NCBI GenBank assembly: GCA_022729755.1
Contig: DZAZ01000002.1
Coordinates: 1,926 to 65,925, forward strand
Reading direction: 5' to 3'
Source of the DNA: Helicobacter cetorum
GTDB taxonomy: Bacteria > Campylobacterota > Campylobacteria > Campylobacterales > BB28
Length of the DNA stretch: 64,000 nucleotides
Shown here: in pieces, positions 19,649 through 29,874 of the stretch
How positions within the stretch are numbered: the stretch's first letter is position 1
How the letters are laid out: each line of letters starts with the position of its first letter
Position numbers and translations under genes: made by a program
The notes under the pieces: model-generated
What the model was told of the DNA's origin: nothing
What the model saw: only the letters and a program-made list of their open reading frames with translations
Databases searched by the model: none

Positions 19649-21085
19649 TTATCCTTTAATAATGTAGTGAGCTCCTAGCGATTCTTCTCGTTTTATCGCA
19701 CTTTCAACTATATTTTTAGCAGTTAAAAGCTTAAATCTTAAAAATTCACCAATTTCACTTGCTAAAAACTTATTTATCTCATTTAGAGAAAACTCAAGCT
19801 TATCTTTATATCTGACAATTCCGACATAATTCCACATTAAATCCTTTAACTCTTTTTCTATCTTTTCATCTCCTTTTTTGATTAATTGTTTTGTTTGAAG
19901 TGTAAATTTTACCATTTTAAAATCAAAATTTTTACATAAAATATCTTCTATTGCTATTTTAGAAAAAACTAATCCTTCAAGCAAAGAGTTACTTGCTAAT
20001 CTATTTGCACCGTGAACCCTTGTACAAGCCACTTCACCGATTGCATAAAGATTGCTAAAATTAATTACTTTAGCATTCAAATCAGTTTTTATTCCACCCA
20101 TTGAGTAGTGATAAGCTGGAGAAATTTCAATTTTATCTTTTGGCACATTAAAGCCAAACTCATTTAAATTATAATAAATATTTGGAAATCTTGTTTTAAA
20201 AAAACTCTCATTAAAATTTTCAAATGAGAGATAAACTTTTGAATTGCTCTTTTGTTTATAATCAAATATTGCCCTACTTACGACATCTCTAGGAGCAAGT
20301 TCGCCTTTTTTGTCATAATCGAATAAAAATCGTCTATTAAAATCATCAACTATCAAAGCCCCCTCACCTCGCAATGCTTCGCTTAAAAGATTAGCTTTAT
20401 TATCTTTTGAAATATAAGCGCTTGGGTGAAATTGTATTAATTCCATATCAATTAATTCAATACCTTTATCTAAGCAAATCCCTTGTAAATCGCCACTTAT
20501 AGTTTTTTCGTTGGTTGAATATTTATAAAGCGAACCTATTCCACCTGTTGCGATAATTACACATTTTGCATAAATGTGTTTTAATTTATTATTATCTAAA
20601 ACTTCAACACCATAGCAAATATTGTCTTTTATAAGTAAATCTGTAACAATGAAATTATTAGCGATTGGGTGTTCATTTTGCTCCATCAAAAATTTATGAA
20701 GCATTCTTCCCGTAGCATCTCCATCAGCATGTAAAATTCTCTTAATTGAGTGAGCCCCTTCTTTTGTGTAGGCTAAATTTCCATACTCATCTTTATCAAA
20801 CTCAAATCCACGATTAATTATATCTTTGATTACTATCAAACTATTTTTACTTAAGATTTTTAAAGCTTCAAGTGAGCAATAATTATCACCCGCTTTCATA
20901 GTGTCGCTAATATGTAAATCTATATCGCTCTCATCAATTGCAGTTGCAATTCCACCTTGAGCATAAAAACTATTTCCTTGCCAAGGCATTCCTTTTGTAA
21001 TAATTAAACACTTTTTATCTTTAGGAATATTAGCACCTGCATAAAGTCCTGAAATACCACTTCCTATTATTATAATATCAAACAT
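19649..21085 (-). CDS. nadB: L-aspartate oxidase
   Basis: FAD-binding motif IIIGSGISGLYA, succinate dehydrogenase/fumarate reductase flavoprotein-like core (HPSAY..., RGEGA) and C-terminal ESLGAHY. Confidence 0.85.
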   Translation of the reverse strand: MFDIIIIGSGISGLYAGANIPKDKKCLIITKGMPWQGNSFYAQGGIATAIDESDIDLHISDTMKAGDNYCSLEALKILSKNSLIVIKDIINRGFEFDKDEYGNLAYTKEGAHSIKRILHADGDATGRMLHKFLMEQNEHPIANNFIVTDLLIKDNICYGVEVLDNNKLKHIYAKCVIIATGGIGSLYKYSTNEKTISGDLQGICLDKGIELIDMELIQFHPSAYISKDNKANLLSEALRGEGALIVDDFNRRFLFDYDKKGELAPRDVVSRAIFDYKQKSNSKVYLSFENFNESFFKTRFPNIYYNLNEFGFNVPKDKIEISPAYHYSMGGIKTDLNAKVINFSNLYAIGEVACTRVHGANRLASNSLLEGLVFSKIAIEDILCKNFDFKMVKFTLQTKQLIKKGDEKIEKELKDLMWNYVGIVRYKDKLEFSLNEINKFLASEIGEFLRFKLLTAKNIVESAIKREESLGAHYIIKG

Positions 21086-21171
21086 TATTTTTTACTTTTT
21101 TGAGTATAAATGGGGTCACTTTTATAACCACATCCAATAATACTCAAAGTTAAAAATGTTATAATAACAAT

Positions 21172-21633
21172 ATGAAAGATACTAAATTTATTATTCAACA
21201 TTTGAAAAATGACCCCCGATTTAGCAAGTTAAAGCAATATGAATGTTTTAATAAATTAAAAAAAATATTATCAACTAATTTACAAAATGCGATAAAATCA
21301 ACGTATGAAAAAAATAATATTTTATACTTCATATTAGTAAATCACATATATAAAATGGAATTTAATTATAGCTTAAAACTAATAATTAAATTATTAAATA
21401 CACTTAAATCTGAACATATTGAGTGTCGAGAAATTAAAGATGTAAAATTTTTTATAACGAATAAAATTGATGATTTTAAAGATTTAGAACAAAAATCTAC
21501 AAATATTTTTTATGAAGAAAAATCTAAAGGTGATTTTAAAAATTTAGCTGAAGACAAAAAAATAAAAGAGATTTTTGAAGATATAAGAAATATAATTTTA
21601 AAAAATAATAATAAAGAGATAGAAAAAGAATGA
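21172..21633 (+). CDS. Hypothetical protein
   Basis: 153-aa ORF and the first gene of a three-gene overlapping set ending in ttcA. No confident motif. Confidence 0.35.
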   Translation: MKDTKFIIQHLKNDPRFSKLKQYECFNKLKKILSTNLQNAIKSTYEKNNILYFILVNHIYKMEFNYSLKLIIKLLNTLKSEHIECREIKDVKFFITNKIDDFKDLEQKSTNIFYEEKSKGDFKNLAEDKKIKEIFEDIRNIILKNNNKEIEKE

Positions 21634-22367
21634 GTTTAGAAGAATTAATAAACAGTTTAACATACGAAGATTTACAAAAAATAAATGAAGAGTTTCAAAA
21701 AAAAGAGTTGAAAACTCCAATTTTTTTATACTCTAAAATGACAATGGAAATCTTAAATTCAATAGTAAATATAGAAAAAGAGTATAACAAACATAGATTA
21801 GATGAATGGTTTAATTTTGAAATCAAAATAGATAAAGAAAGCGAAATATTTTTGCTTGAACTATTAGAAAGAAATGAATTTTTACTAAAAAGTTATAATG
21901 AAGAAGAGTTGAAAATGAAATTTTTGTCTCTCATATTAAATAGAGTAAATTTTCAGACAATACAAAAAAGAGTTAGAGATTTTTATGAAGCTAAATTAAC
22001 TTATAAATCTGAAAATTTTATACTAACAGGTACGACAGATTATTTGGTTTCAAAGGGATTAGAGTATGTGCAAAAACCATATTTTTTTATTCAAGAGTTT
22101 AAAAAATCAATCGAAAACTCTGACCCTGAACCTCAATTATTGGCTGAATTAATATCCGCAGTTGAACTTAATAATGCTCATTTTATGAGAGGTGCTTATA
22201 TTATTGGCGAAAATTGGTACTTTGTGATTTTAGATAGAGTTACAAAACATAACTATAAATATTATGTAAGTTCATCTTTTAATGCAACGAAAATAGAAGA
22301 TTTAAAAGCAATTTATAAAAATTTACTATATGTTAAAAATGAGATAATGGAGTTAGAAGCTAAATGA
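21630..22367 (+). CDS. Hypothetical protein with a possible PD-(D/E)xK nuclease-fold motif
   Basis: GTTDYLVSKGLEYVQKPYFFIQEFKKS fits D-x(n)-E-x-K. Its start and stop overlap both neighbours. Confidence 0.35.
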   Translation: MSLEELINSLTYEDLQKINEEFQKKELKTPIFLYSKMTMEILNSIVNIEKEYNKHRLDEWFNFEIKIDKESEIFLLELLERNEFLLKSYNEEELKMKFLSLILNRVNFQTIQKRVRDFYEAKLTYKSENFILTGTTDYLVSKGLEYVQKPYFFIQEFKKSIENSDPEPQLLAELISAVELNNAHFMRGAYIIGENWYFVILDRVTKHNYKYYVSSSFNATKIEDLKAIYKNLLYVKNEIMELEAK

Positions 22368-23119
22368 TAGAAATAAGTAAAAAACTTTTAAGAACAGTTG
22401 GTAAAACAAATGCTAAATATAATTTAATTGGTGAGGGTGACAAAGTTTTAATTGGATTAAGTGGTGGAAAAGATTCGCTAACTCTCGCACATATTTTAAA
22501 ACGAATGCAAACTCATACTCCATTTAAATTTGAATTTGAAGCAGTTACGATTACTTATGGAATGAGTGAAAAATTGGATTTTTTGAGTGAACATTGCAAA
22601 AAATATGACATAAAACACTCTATTTATGACACTGAAATTTATGATATTGCAAAAGATAAAATTAGACACAATAGCTCATATTGCAGCTTTTTTAGTAGAA
22701 TGCGACGAGGTGCTTTGTATACCTATGCACTTGAAAATGGTTTTAATAAATTAGCACTTGGTCATCATCTTGATGATGCGGTTGAGAGTTTTTTTATGAA
22801 TTTATTTTATAATGGTTCAATGAGGGCAATGCCTCCTATTTATAGGGCTACAAATGGACTTTTAGTGATTAGACCTTTAATTTTTGCAAGAGAAAAGCAA
22901 TTAATTGGTTTTGCACAAAGTAATAATTTTATGGTTATAGGTGATGAGGCTTGTCCTGCGATGAGGTTTGATGTTAAAAGTCCATATGCAAGGGAAAAAA
23001 CAAAAGAGTTTTTAGCAAAACTTGAAGATGAACAAAAAGATATTTTTACAATGTTTAAAGCTGGGTTTGAGCATATTCACTATGATACATTTTTTGATAA
23101 AGAGATGTTAAAAGTTTAA
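22364..23119 (+). CDS. ttcA: tRNA 2-thiocytidine(32) synthetase TtcA-family PP-loop ATPase
   Basis: PP-loop GLSGGKDSLTLAH, plus CSFFSRMRRG and a second Cys cluster (GDEACPA). Confidence 0.8.
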   Translation: MIEISKKLLRTVGKTNAKYNLIGEGDKVLIGLSGGKDSLTLAHILKRMQTHTPFKFEFEAVTITYGMSEKLDFLSEHCKKYDIKHSIYDTEIYDIAKDKIRHNSSYCSFFSRMRRGALYTYALENGFNKLALGHHLDDAVESFFMNLFYNGSMRAMPPIYRATNGLLVIRPLIFAREKQLIGFAQSNNFMVIGDEACPAMRFDVKSPYAREKTKEFLAKLEDEQKDIFTMFKAGFEHIHYDTFFDKEMLKV

Positions 23120-23135
23120 TCTACAATGCCGATTA
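23109..23135 (+). promoter_or_regulatory. Sigma28 (FliA)-type promoter upstream of fliL
   Basis: TAAA-N15-GCCGATTA (consensus TAAA-N15-GCCGATAA). It lies 31 nt upstream of the fliL ATG, inside the 3' end of ttcA. Confidence 0.5.
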
Positions 23136-23166
23136 AGTAGAATATAAATTGTAATTAGGAGAAAAA

Positions 23167-23679
23167 ATGGCTGATGAAAAAGATAAAAAAGAAGAAAATG
23201 GCAAGAAATCTTCAAGTTTAGTTTTGATTATAGTAGGTATTTTAGTTGTTGTAATTTTACTAATTGGTGGAATTGTAGCATTTATGCTTTTATCAAAAGA
23301 TGAAACGGCAACAGCCACAACATCAGCAGATGGAACTCAACAACCAGTGCAAAGAAAACAACTCGATGATTTAAGTGTTGGTCCAATTTTTCCAGTTGAC
23401 CAATTTATTGTAAATTTAACAAGCGATGGTGGAAAAAGATTTTTAAAAACGAAGTTAGAATTAGAGTTAAATGATGCTGATTTATTGACAGAATTAGAAG
23501 GTAAAAAACCGAGAATAAGGGATATCATTATTAGAGTTTTATCATCTAAAACAGTGGAAGAAATTTCAACTCCAAAAGGTAAAGATAAGTTAAAACAAGA
23601 GTTAATTACTCAATTAAATTCAGTTTTACTTGATGGTCAAGTTGTGCGATTATATTTTACAGAATTTGTAATTCAATAA
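23167..23679 (+). CDS. fliL: Flagellar basal body-associated protein FliL
   Basis: A charged N-terminus, a single TM helix (LVLIIVGILVVVILLIGGIVAFML) and then the FliL domain (FIVNL...RFLKTKLELEL...). Confidence 0.8.
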   Translation: MADEKDKKEENGKKSSSLVLIIVGILVVVILLIGGIVAFMLLSKDETATATTSADGTQQPVQRKQLDDLSVGPIFPVDQFIVNLTSDGGKRFLKTKLELELNDADLLTELEGKKPRIRDIIIRVLSSKTVEEISTPKGKDKLKQELITQLNSVLLDGQVVRLYFTEFVIQ

Positions 23680-23682
23680 ATT

Positions 23683-24687
23683 ATGCAAAAAACTTTTATA
23701 ATTGCTGAAGCTGGAGTTAATCACAATGGCGATTTAGAGTTAGCTAAAAGGCTTATAAATATTGCTGTTATGGCTGGGGCTGATGCCGTTAAATTTCAAA
23801 CATTCAAAAGTGAGCATTTAGTTAAAAAAGATGCTAAAAAAGCTTCTTATCAAATCAAAAACACAGAAAATAGCGAAACTCAATATCAAATGCTTAAAAA
23901 ACTTGAACTTGATATGAAAGCTCACAAAGAGTTGATTGAATATTGCAATAAAAAAGAGATTATGTTTTTATCAACTCCTTTTGATTTAGAAAGCATAAAA
24001 TTACTTTATGATTTAGGCTTAGAGATTTTTAAAATTCCTTCAGGCGAAATTACAAATTTTCCATTTTTAAGAGAAGTTGCAAAACTTGATAAAAAAGTAA
24101 TTCTTTCAACTGGAATGAGTAGACTTTGCGAAATAGAAGAGTCTCTTGAAATTTTATTAAATTATGGAACTAAAAAAGAAAATATCACGATTCTTCACTG
24201 CAATACTGACTATCCAACAAAGTTTGAAGATGTGAATTTAAAAGCAATGCTAACTATAAAAGATGCTTTTAAAGTAAATGTTGGCTATTCTGACCACACT
24301 TTAGGCATAGAAGTGCCTATTTCAGCCGTAGCTTTGGGGGCTAGTATTATCGAAAAACACTTCACAATTGATAGAGAAATGCAAGGACCAGACCATAAGG
24401 CGAGTTTAACTCCAATTGAATTACAAGAGATGGTAAAAGCTATTAGAAATATAGAGATTGCTTTAGGAAATGGAATAAAAAAGCCAACTAAAAGTGAAGC
24501 TAAAAATATAGAAGTAGCTAGAAAATCAATTGTAGCCAAGTGTAAAATTAAAAAAGATGAAGTTTTTAGCGAAGAGAATCTTACAACAAAAAGACCAGTA
24601 AATGGAATAAACCCAATGAGATGGAATGAGGTTATAGGAAAAGAGGCTAAAAGAGATTTTAGTGAAGATGAATTGATAGAGGTATAA
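23683..24687 (+). CDS. Nonulosonic acid synthase (NeuB/PseI/LegI family)
   Basis: [24 protein letters not shown], the DHT motif and a C-terminal SAF/antifreeze-like domain. Length 334 aa. The subfamily cannot be assigned by eye. Confidence 0.85.
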   Translation: MQKTFIIAEAGVNHNGDLELAKRLINIAVMAGADAVKFQTFKSEHLVKKDAKKASYQIKNTENSETQYQMLKKLELDMKAHKELIEYCNKKEIMFLSTPFDLESIKLLYDLGLEIFKIPSGEITNFPFLREVAKLDKKVILSTGMSRLCEIEESLEILLNYGTKKENITILHCNTDYPTKFEDVNLKAMLTIKDAFKVNVGYSDHTLGIEVPISAVALGASIIEKHFTIDREMQGPDHKASLTPIELQEMVKAIRNIEIALGNGIKKPTKSEAKNIEVARKSIVAKCKIKKDEVFSEENLTTKRPVNGINPMRWNEVIGKEAKRDFSEDELIEV

Positions 24688-24689
24688 TA

Positions 24690-25739
24690 GTGAAAATTAA
24701 AAAAATCGAAATAGAACATTTTAAACATTTAAGAGATATAAAAATAGATAATATTGGAGATTATCTATTAATCATAGGAGATAATAAAGCAGGAAAAAGT
24801 ACACTTCTTCAAGCTATAGCTTTAACAGTTGAATTAGCAACGGGAGTTATTAAAAATAGAAGTGAGTTTCATTGGGGAAATATACTATTAGAACAAGATA
24901 GAATTGATACTTTTAATATTAACATTATATTGGAATTAGATAGAGAAGAGATTAAAAATACTATAGAGTTATCTAATAAAATTGAAAGAAAAAATAAAAT
25001 AAATTTAGATCAGTTTTTGAATAAAAATAGTTTAGAAATTGAATTAAAGTTTGACAATAGCAAAAATAAACCATTTATTTATCCTAAAGATAGAATGTAT
25101 CTATTATCTGGTAGGTCATATTTAGCTCAACTTATTAGTCAAGACAGAATTAATTCAGAAAATAGATTAAATTATTATAAAAATATTGGAGGGGTTTATA
25201 AATTTAATTATAATAGAGTTTATCCAATTTCTCTTTACCATAAACAAGAAACAAATTTAAAATCTTTAAAAGTACAATTAAGAAACTTATGGAGTACACA
25301 TAAATCAGAAGCTAAAAATGAAAATATTCCAGATTGGATTAATGAAATAACAGAAAAATTTAAAAATGTTTTTAATGGCTTTAGAATGTTAGGTCCAGTA
25401 TTAAAAAGTAATGAATTAGTTGATACAGATGATTTTTACTTTTATGTAGAAGATGGTGAAAAAAATAAGTATGATATTGAAGAGTTTTCAAGTGGAGAAG
25501 AGACACTTTTTAAAATGATTTGGCATAGTGTAGTATTTTCTATGTTTAAATCTATTATTTTAATAGATGAAATTGAACTTCATTTAAGTGAAATGGAACA
25601 AAAGAAACTATTTTTAAATTTAAAAAAAATCTTTCCAAATTCTCAATTTATAATCACAACTCACTCAAGATACTTTTCAGAACAGATTTTTAGTGAAGAT
25701 GATATTGTTGTTTTAGAAAATGGTAAGAGGATAGGTTAG
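24690..25739 (+). CDS. ABC/AAA_15-21-type ATPase, AriA-like
   Basis: Walker [10 protein letters not shown] (res 30-38), signature-like FSSGEE, Walker [12 protein letters not shown] and H-loop TTHS. GTG start 3 nt after the upstream stop. Confidence 0.65.
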   Translation: MKIKKIEIEHFKHLRDIKIDNIGDYLLIIGDNKAGKSTLLQAIALTVELATGVIKNRSEFHWGNILLEQDRIDTFNINIILELDREEIKNTIELSNKIERKNKINLDQFLNKNSLEIELKFDNSKNKPFIYPKDRMYLLSGRSYLAQLISQDRINSENRLNYYKNIGGVYKFNYNRVYPISLYHKQETNLKSLKVQLRNLWSTHKSEAKNENIPDWINEITEKFKNVFNGFRMLGPVLKSNELVDTDDFYFYVEDGEKNKYDIEEFSSGEETLFKMIWHSVVFSMFKSIILIDEIELHLSEMEQKKLFLNLKKIFPNSQFIITTHSRYFSEQIFSEDDIVVLENGKRIG

Positions 25740-26479
25740 TGAGTAAATTTGATTTAAGTTTAAGTAAAAGTAGAGAACTTATCATAGAAGGAATTAAAGG
25801 AAGTTTTGATTATAAATTTTACTCTAAAGTTTTAAGAGGTATTTTTGGTAATTTTGAACCTTGTGGTAGTCAAAAGTGTATAATTGAAATAGCAAAAAAC
25901 AAAAATGCTTATTCACTTCAAGATAGAGATTATAAAGATATGGAAGATAGTAATTTAGACTCTATTTTTACTCAAAATAAGTTAGTTTCAAAAGAAAATA
26001 AATCATTTAAGTTAAAACACACTGAAATTGAAAATATACTGCTACTTGCAATAGATGAAAAATTTAATATAAATTTAAAAAATATAATTTTAAGTAACTT
26101 AAATATTTTAATAGAAGCTACAGCTATTAGAATAGTAAAATCAAAAAGTTTAGAACCATTCTTTAAATTTAGATATAACTATTTAGAGTTTAATAATTGT
26201 AATATCAACTTATTGTTAAGAGATATAAATAGAATTGAAATAAGCCCATTAATAAATCGTTGGAAACGTGTATTAAAAGATTTTATTGATAACAATTTCG
26301 ATAAAGCAATGATTATTTTATCAGGTAAAGATATTTGGAAATTTATAGAAAATTGTGATAAATACAGTATAGATTTAAATAAACATTTTAAAGATACTTT
26401 TGATAAAACAGATAATAGCGAAATGTTAAAAATTAGTATAGTTAAAAAATTAAAAGATGACATAGAGAGTTTATTGTAA
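25739..26479 (+). CDS. DUF4435 / Toprim-like nuclease, AriB-like
   Basis: LIIEG (E17-G18), LQDRDY (D62-x-D64) and TEIENILL (E96-x-E98-N99) follow the DUF4435/OLD-type Toprim motif order. The start overlaps the ATPase stop (TAGTG). Confidence 0.6.
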   Translation: MSKFDLSLSKSRELIIEGIKGSFDYKFYSKVLRGIFGNFEPCGSQKCIIEIAKNKNAYSLQDRDYKDMEDSNLDSIFTQNKLVSKENKSFKLKHTEIENILLLAIDEKFNINLKNIILSNLNILIEATAIRIVKSKSLEPFFKFRYNYLEFNNCNINLLLRDINRIEISPLINRWKRVLKDFIDNNFDKAMIILSGKDIWKFIENCDKYSIDLNKHFKDTFDKTDNSEMLKISIVKKLKDDIESLL

Positions 26480-26487
26480 GGATAGAT

Positions 26488-27213
26488 ATGAGAATAATCG
26501 CAAGACTTGATGTAAAGCCCCCTTATGTTGTAAAACCTGTACATTATGAGGGGCTTAGAAAAATTGATACTCCAAAAGAGTTAGCACTAAAGTATTATAA
26601 ACAAGGTGCTGATGAGGTAATTTATATAGATATAGTCTCAAGTTTATATCAAAGAGAAATTTTATTTGATGAGATTAAAGAGGCAAGTGATGGAGTTTTT
26701 GTGCCATTTGGAGTTGGTGGGGGAGTTAGCAAAATTGAAGATTTTTCAAAACTTTTTCATTATGGTGCTGATAAAGTATTAATCAACACAAATGCAATCA
26801 AAAATCCAAATATTATTGATGAAGCGAGTAAAATTTTTGGCTCACAAGCAGTTGTTATTAGTATTCAAGCTAAAAGAGTTGGAAAAAAATTTGAGTGTCA
26901 TACTGATTGTGGGAGAATTCCAAGTGGGAAAGATGTGGTTGAATGGATAAAAGAGGTTCAAAATAGAGGAGCTGGAGAAATATTTTTAAATTCAATTGAT
27001 TGTGATGGAAGAGGACGAGGGTTTGAGCTTGAGCTTATAAATGAAGTAATTGCTAATTCAAAAGTGCCAATTATTGCAGGAAGTGGAGCAGGAGAGTTAG
27101 CTCATATTCTTGAAGTTGCAAAGCTAAAGCCCGATGCTATCGCGATTGCTAGTATGCTTCATTATGATAAAATTACTATTTCACAAATAAAAGAGTTACT
27201 TGAAAAAAATTAA
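26488..27213 (+). CDS. Imidazole glycerol phosphate synthase cyclase subunit paralog (HisF-like, glycan-locus type)
   Basis: (beta/alpha)8 HisF pattern: IIARLDVK, VPFGVGGGV, and GAGEIFLNSIDCDGRGRG. Confidence 0.75.
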   Translation: MRIIARLDVKPPYVVKPVHYEGLRKIDTPKELALKYYKQGADEVIYIDIVSSLYQREILFDEIKEASDGVFVPFGVGGGVSKIEDFSKLFHYGADKVLINTNAIKNPNIIDEASKIFGSQAVVISIQAKRVGKKFECHTDCGRIPSGKDVVEWIKEVQNRGAGEIFLNSIDCDGRGRGFELELINEVIANSKVPIIAGSGAGELAHILEVAKLKPDAIAIASMLHYDKITISQIKELLEKN

Positions 27214-28426
27214 AATTTTATTTAACAAAGCAATTATTTTAAAATCCTTTTTAATCGCTATTTCATTTTCACTTTTTATCTATTTGGCTTATTTTAATAT
27301 AGAAGTAAAATTAATAAACTCTATTTTAGCGGTAATTTCACTATTTTTTATTTTAAAAGCTAATAAAATTGAATCTTTTTGGATAGGTTTTTTTATTGGT
27401 ATTTTTTGGTTTTATTGGATAAGTTTGAGTTTTAGATATTATGATTTAACTTTTTTAATTCCATTTATTATTTTGGTCATAGCTTTAGTTTATGCAATTT
27501 TATTTTTCGCATTAGGGTTTATTTCAAATATTTTCTTAAAAGCTTTAATTTTTATTTTTATCTTTGATTTTATTGAACCACTTAATTTTAATTGGTTTAA
27601 GCCTGAACTTATATTTATTGAGAGTTATTTTGGAGTACAAAAGTGGCAATTTGGACTTATTATGTTTGCAATTGCTCTATTTATATATTTAAAAAAATAT
27701 AAATTTTTCCCACTAATCCCATTAATTGCTTCACTTAATTTATTCTTTAATCCTCAAAATATCGATTTACCAAAATTAAAAATTTTCATTTCTGAAACCA
27801 AACTTCCCCAAAATATAAAATGGAAAAGAGAAAATTTAAAAGAGATAGTTGCGAATAATTTTAATATTATAAATTCAGCCATTTCAAATGGTTATGATTT
27901 AGTAATTTTACCTGAAGCTGCTTTTCCACTTTTTTTGAATAAAGAGCCGATTTTAATGGATATGTTAAAAGCTAAAAGCGAAAAAATAGCGATAGTTACG
28001 GGTGCATTGAAATATGAAAATGAAAAATTTTTTAACTCTAGTTATCTTTTTATTGATAATGAAGTTAAAATTGCTGATAAAGTCGTTTTAGTTCCATTTG
28101 GTGAAGTTATTCCTCTTCCAAAGTTTTTGGTGGACTTAATTACAGAAATTATTTTTGATGGAGCAAAAGATTACGATACTGCCCCAACTCCGAGCGATTT
28201 TAATATCAAAGGTGTAACTTTTAGAAATGCGATTTGTTTTGAAGCTACAAGAGAAGAGATTTATCAAAATTCGCCAAAATATATTCTGGCACTCTCAAAT
28301 AATGCTTGGTTCAAACCATCAATTGAGCCGACACTTCAAAAATTGTTAATGAAATATTTTGCCACAAAAAAAGGGGTGATAATTTTTCACAGTGTAAATA
28401 TGAGTGGTAGTTTTGTCATAAAATAA
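27200..28426 (+). CDS. lnt: Apolipoprotein N-acyltransferase
   Basis: ~190-aa multi-TM N-terminus, then a CN-hydrolase domain with LVILPEAAF (Glu) and NAICFE (Cys). Confidence 0.75.
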   Translation: MKKIKILFNKAIILKSFLIAISFSLFIYLAYFNIEVKLINSILAVISLFFILKANKIESFWIGFFIGIFWFYWISLSFRYYDLTFLIPFIILVIALVYAILFFALGFISNIFLKALIFIFIFDFIEPLNFNWFKPELIFIESYFGVQKWQFGLIMFAIALFIYLKKYKFFPLIPLIASLNLFFNPQNIDLPKLKIFISETKLPQNIKWKRENLKEIVANNFNIINSAISNGYDLVILPEAAFPLFLNKEPILMDMLKAKSEKIAIVTGALKYENEKFFNSSYLFIDNEVKIADKVVLVPFGEVIPLPKFLVDLITEIIFDGAKDYDTAPTPSDFNIKGVTFRNAICFEATREEIYQNSPKYILALSNNAWFKPSIEPTLQKLLMKYFATKKGVIIFHSVNMSGSFVIK

Positions 28427-28433
28427 CCCATAA

Positions 28434-29492
28434 TCACTGTGCTAAAGCTTTTTTTAACTCTTCTTGATTAGTTGAAAATCTAAGTGCATTTTCTTGAGTA
28501 ATTTTTCCCTCTTTTATATTTCTTAATAACTCTTGAGTTTGTGTTTGCATTCCAGTTCCTGCTTGACCTATTTGCATTTGTGAGTAGAGTTGATGAATTT
28601 TTCCCTCTCTTATTAAATTTGCAAGTGCGGGATTATTAATTAAAATTTCACTAATGGCAACTCTTCCACCTCCAATTTTTGGGAGTAGTGCTTGAGCAAT
28701 ACTTGCTACTAGTGTGGCTGAAAGTTGAGCTGTTATTTGAGGTCGCTCATCTGCTTCAAAAGTATCTAAAATCCTATTTATCGTCGCAACAGCCGAATTT
28801 GTATGAAGTGTTGAAAAGACTAAATGCCCTGTTTCCGCGGCTGTAATTGCAGCTTTAATAGTTTCTTTATTTCTCATCTCACCAATTAATATAATATCAG
28901 GGTCTTGACGAAGTGCCGATTTTAGTGCATTTGCAAATGAAAGTGTGTCACTTCCTACATTTCTTTGAGAAAAAAGAGATTGTTTATTTTGATGTACAAA
29001 CTCAACTGGGTCTTCAATTGTCAAAATATGCTTATTTTCTGTTAAATTTATTTCATTTAACATAGCTGCTAAAGTTGTAGATTTACCACTTCCTGTTGGA
29101 CCAGTCACCAAAATAAGCCCTTTTTCTCGCTTAATTATCTCTTTATAAATTTGAGGTGCCTTAAGCTCATCAATTGAAGGAATTTTAGTTGGAATAACCC
29201 TAAAAGCAGCCCCCATTTTATCGAGTGCAACATAATAGTTTGTTCTAAAACGAGATTTTTCAGTTTGTACCATAAAATCTAGCTCGTGTTTTTCCAAAAA
29301 TTCTCGCTTTTCTCTATCATTTAAAGCTGGAGCACAAATTTTTTTTACCTCATCATTACTTAGTGCTTTTTCATATCCAATTAATAGTTGAAGTTTACCA
29401 TCAATCCTCACAAGTGGAGGCTCACCTCCCAAAAAATGTAAATCTGAACCTCTAAGTTGCACCATTTTATCGAGCATTTCGTGTAGTTGCAT
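28434..29492 (-). CDS. pilT: Type IV pilus twitching-motility ATPase PilT
   Basis: Walker A GPTGSGKSTT, Asp box, Walker B PDIILIGEMR and His box TGHLVFSTLHTN. Length 352 aa. Confidence 0.85.
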   Translation of the reverse strand: MQLHEMLDKMVQLRGSDLHFLGGEPPLVRIDGKLQLLIGYEKALSNDEVKKICAPALNDREKREFLEKHELDFMVQTEKSRFRTNYYVALDKMGAAFRVIPTKIPSIDELKAPQIYKEIIKREKGLILVTGPTGSGKSTTLAAMLNEINLTENKHILTIEDPVEFVHQNKQSLFSQRNVGSDTLSFANALKSALRQDPDIILIGEMRNKETIKAAITAAETGHLVFSTLHTNSAVATINRILDTFEADERPQITAQLSATLVASIAQALLPKIGGGRVAISEILINNPALANLIREGKIHQLYSQMQIGQAGTGMQTQTQELLRNIKEGKITQENALRFSTNQEELKKALAQ

Positions 29493-29500
29493 AATTTAGC

Positions 29501-29791
29501 CTATTCAATAATTTTTGGAACTATAAAAAAATTATCTTCACTTTTTGGAGCATTTTTTAAAACCATTTGTGCTATCTCTTTTTGAGAAACAATTTCATCG
29601 TCTGCAAGTCTAGTACCACCTTGTAAAGTTGTAAAAGTTGCATCAATTTTAGAAACATCAATTGAGTTTAAATTCTCAACAAATTCAAGAAATTCACTAA
29701 GTTGCTTTTTTACTTGCCCTTTTTTATCCTCTTCTAATTTTAATGCTGAAAGTTTTTCTAATCTATTTAATAATTTATCATCTATTTTCAT
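29501..29791 (-). CDS. gatC: Asp/Glu-tRNA amidotransferase subunit C
   Basis: 96 aa. LAKLxL...E...L..IL.FVE-like N-terminus (LSALKLEEDKKGQVKKQLSEFLEFVENL). Confidence 0.8.
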   Translation of the reverse strand: MKIDDKLLNRLEKLSALKLEEDKKGQVKKQLSEFLEFVENLNSIDVSKIDATFTTLQGGTRLADDEIVSQKEIAQMVLKNAPKSEDNFFIVPKIIE

Positions 29792-29874
29792 TTTTAACCT
29801 TTTTTTGCTTGATTATAACAAAATTAAAATTGTGGTAGAATAAAAGGAAAATTAAATATTAATTAAGGTAATAA

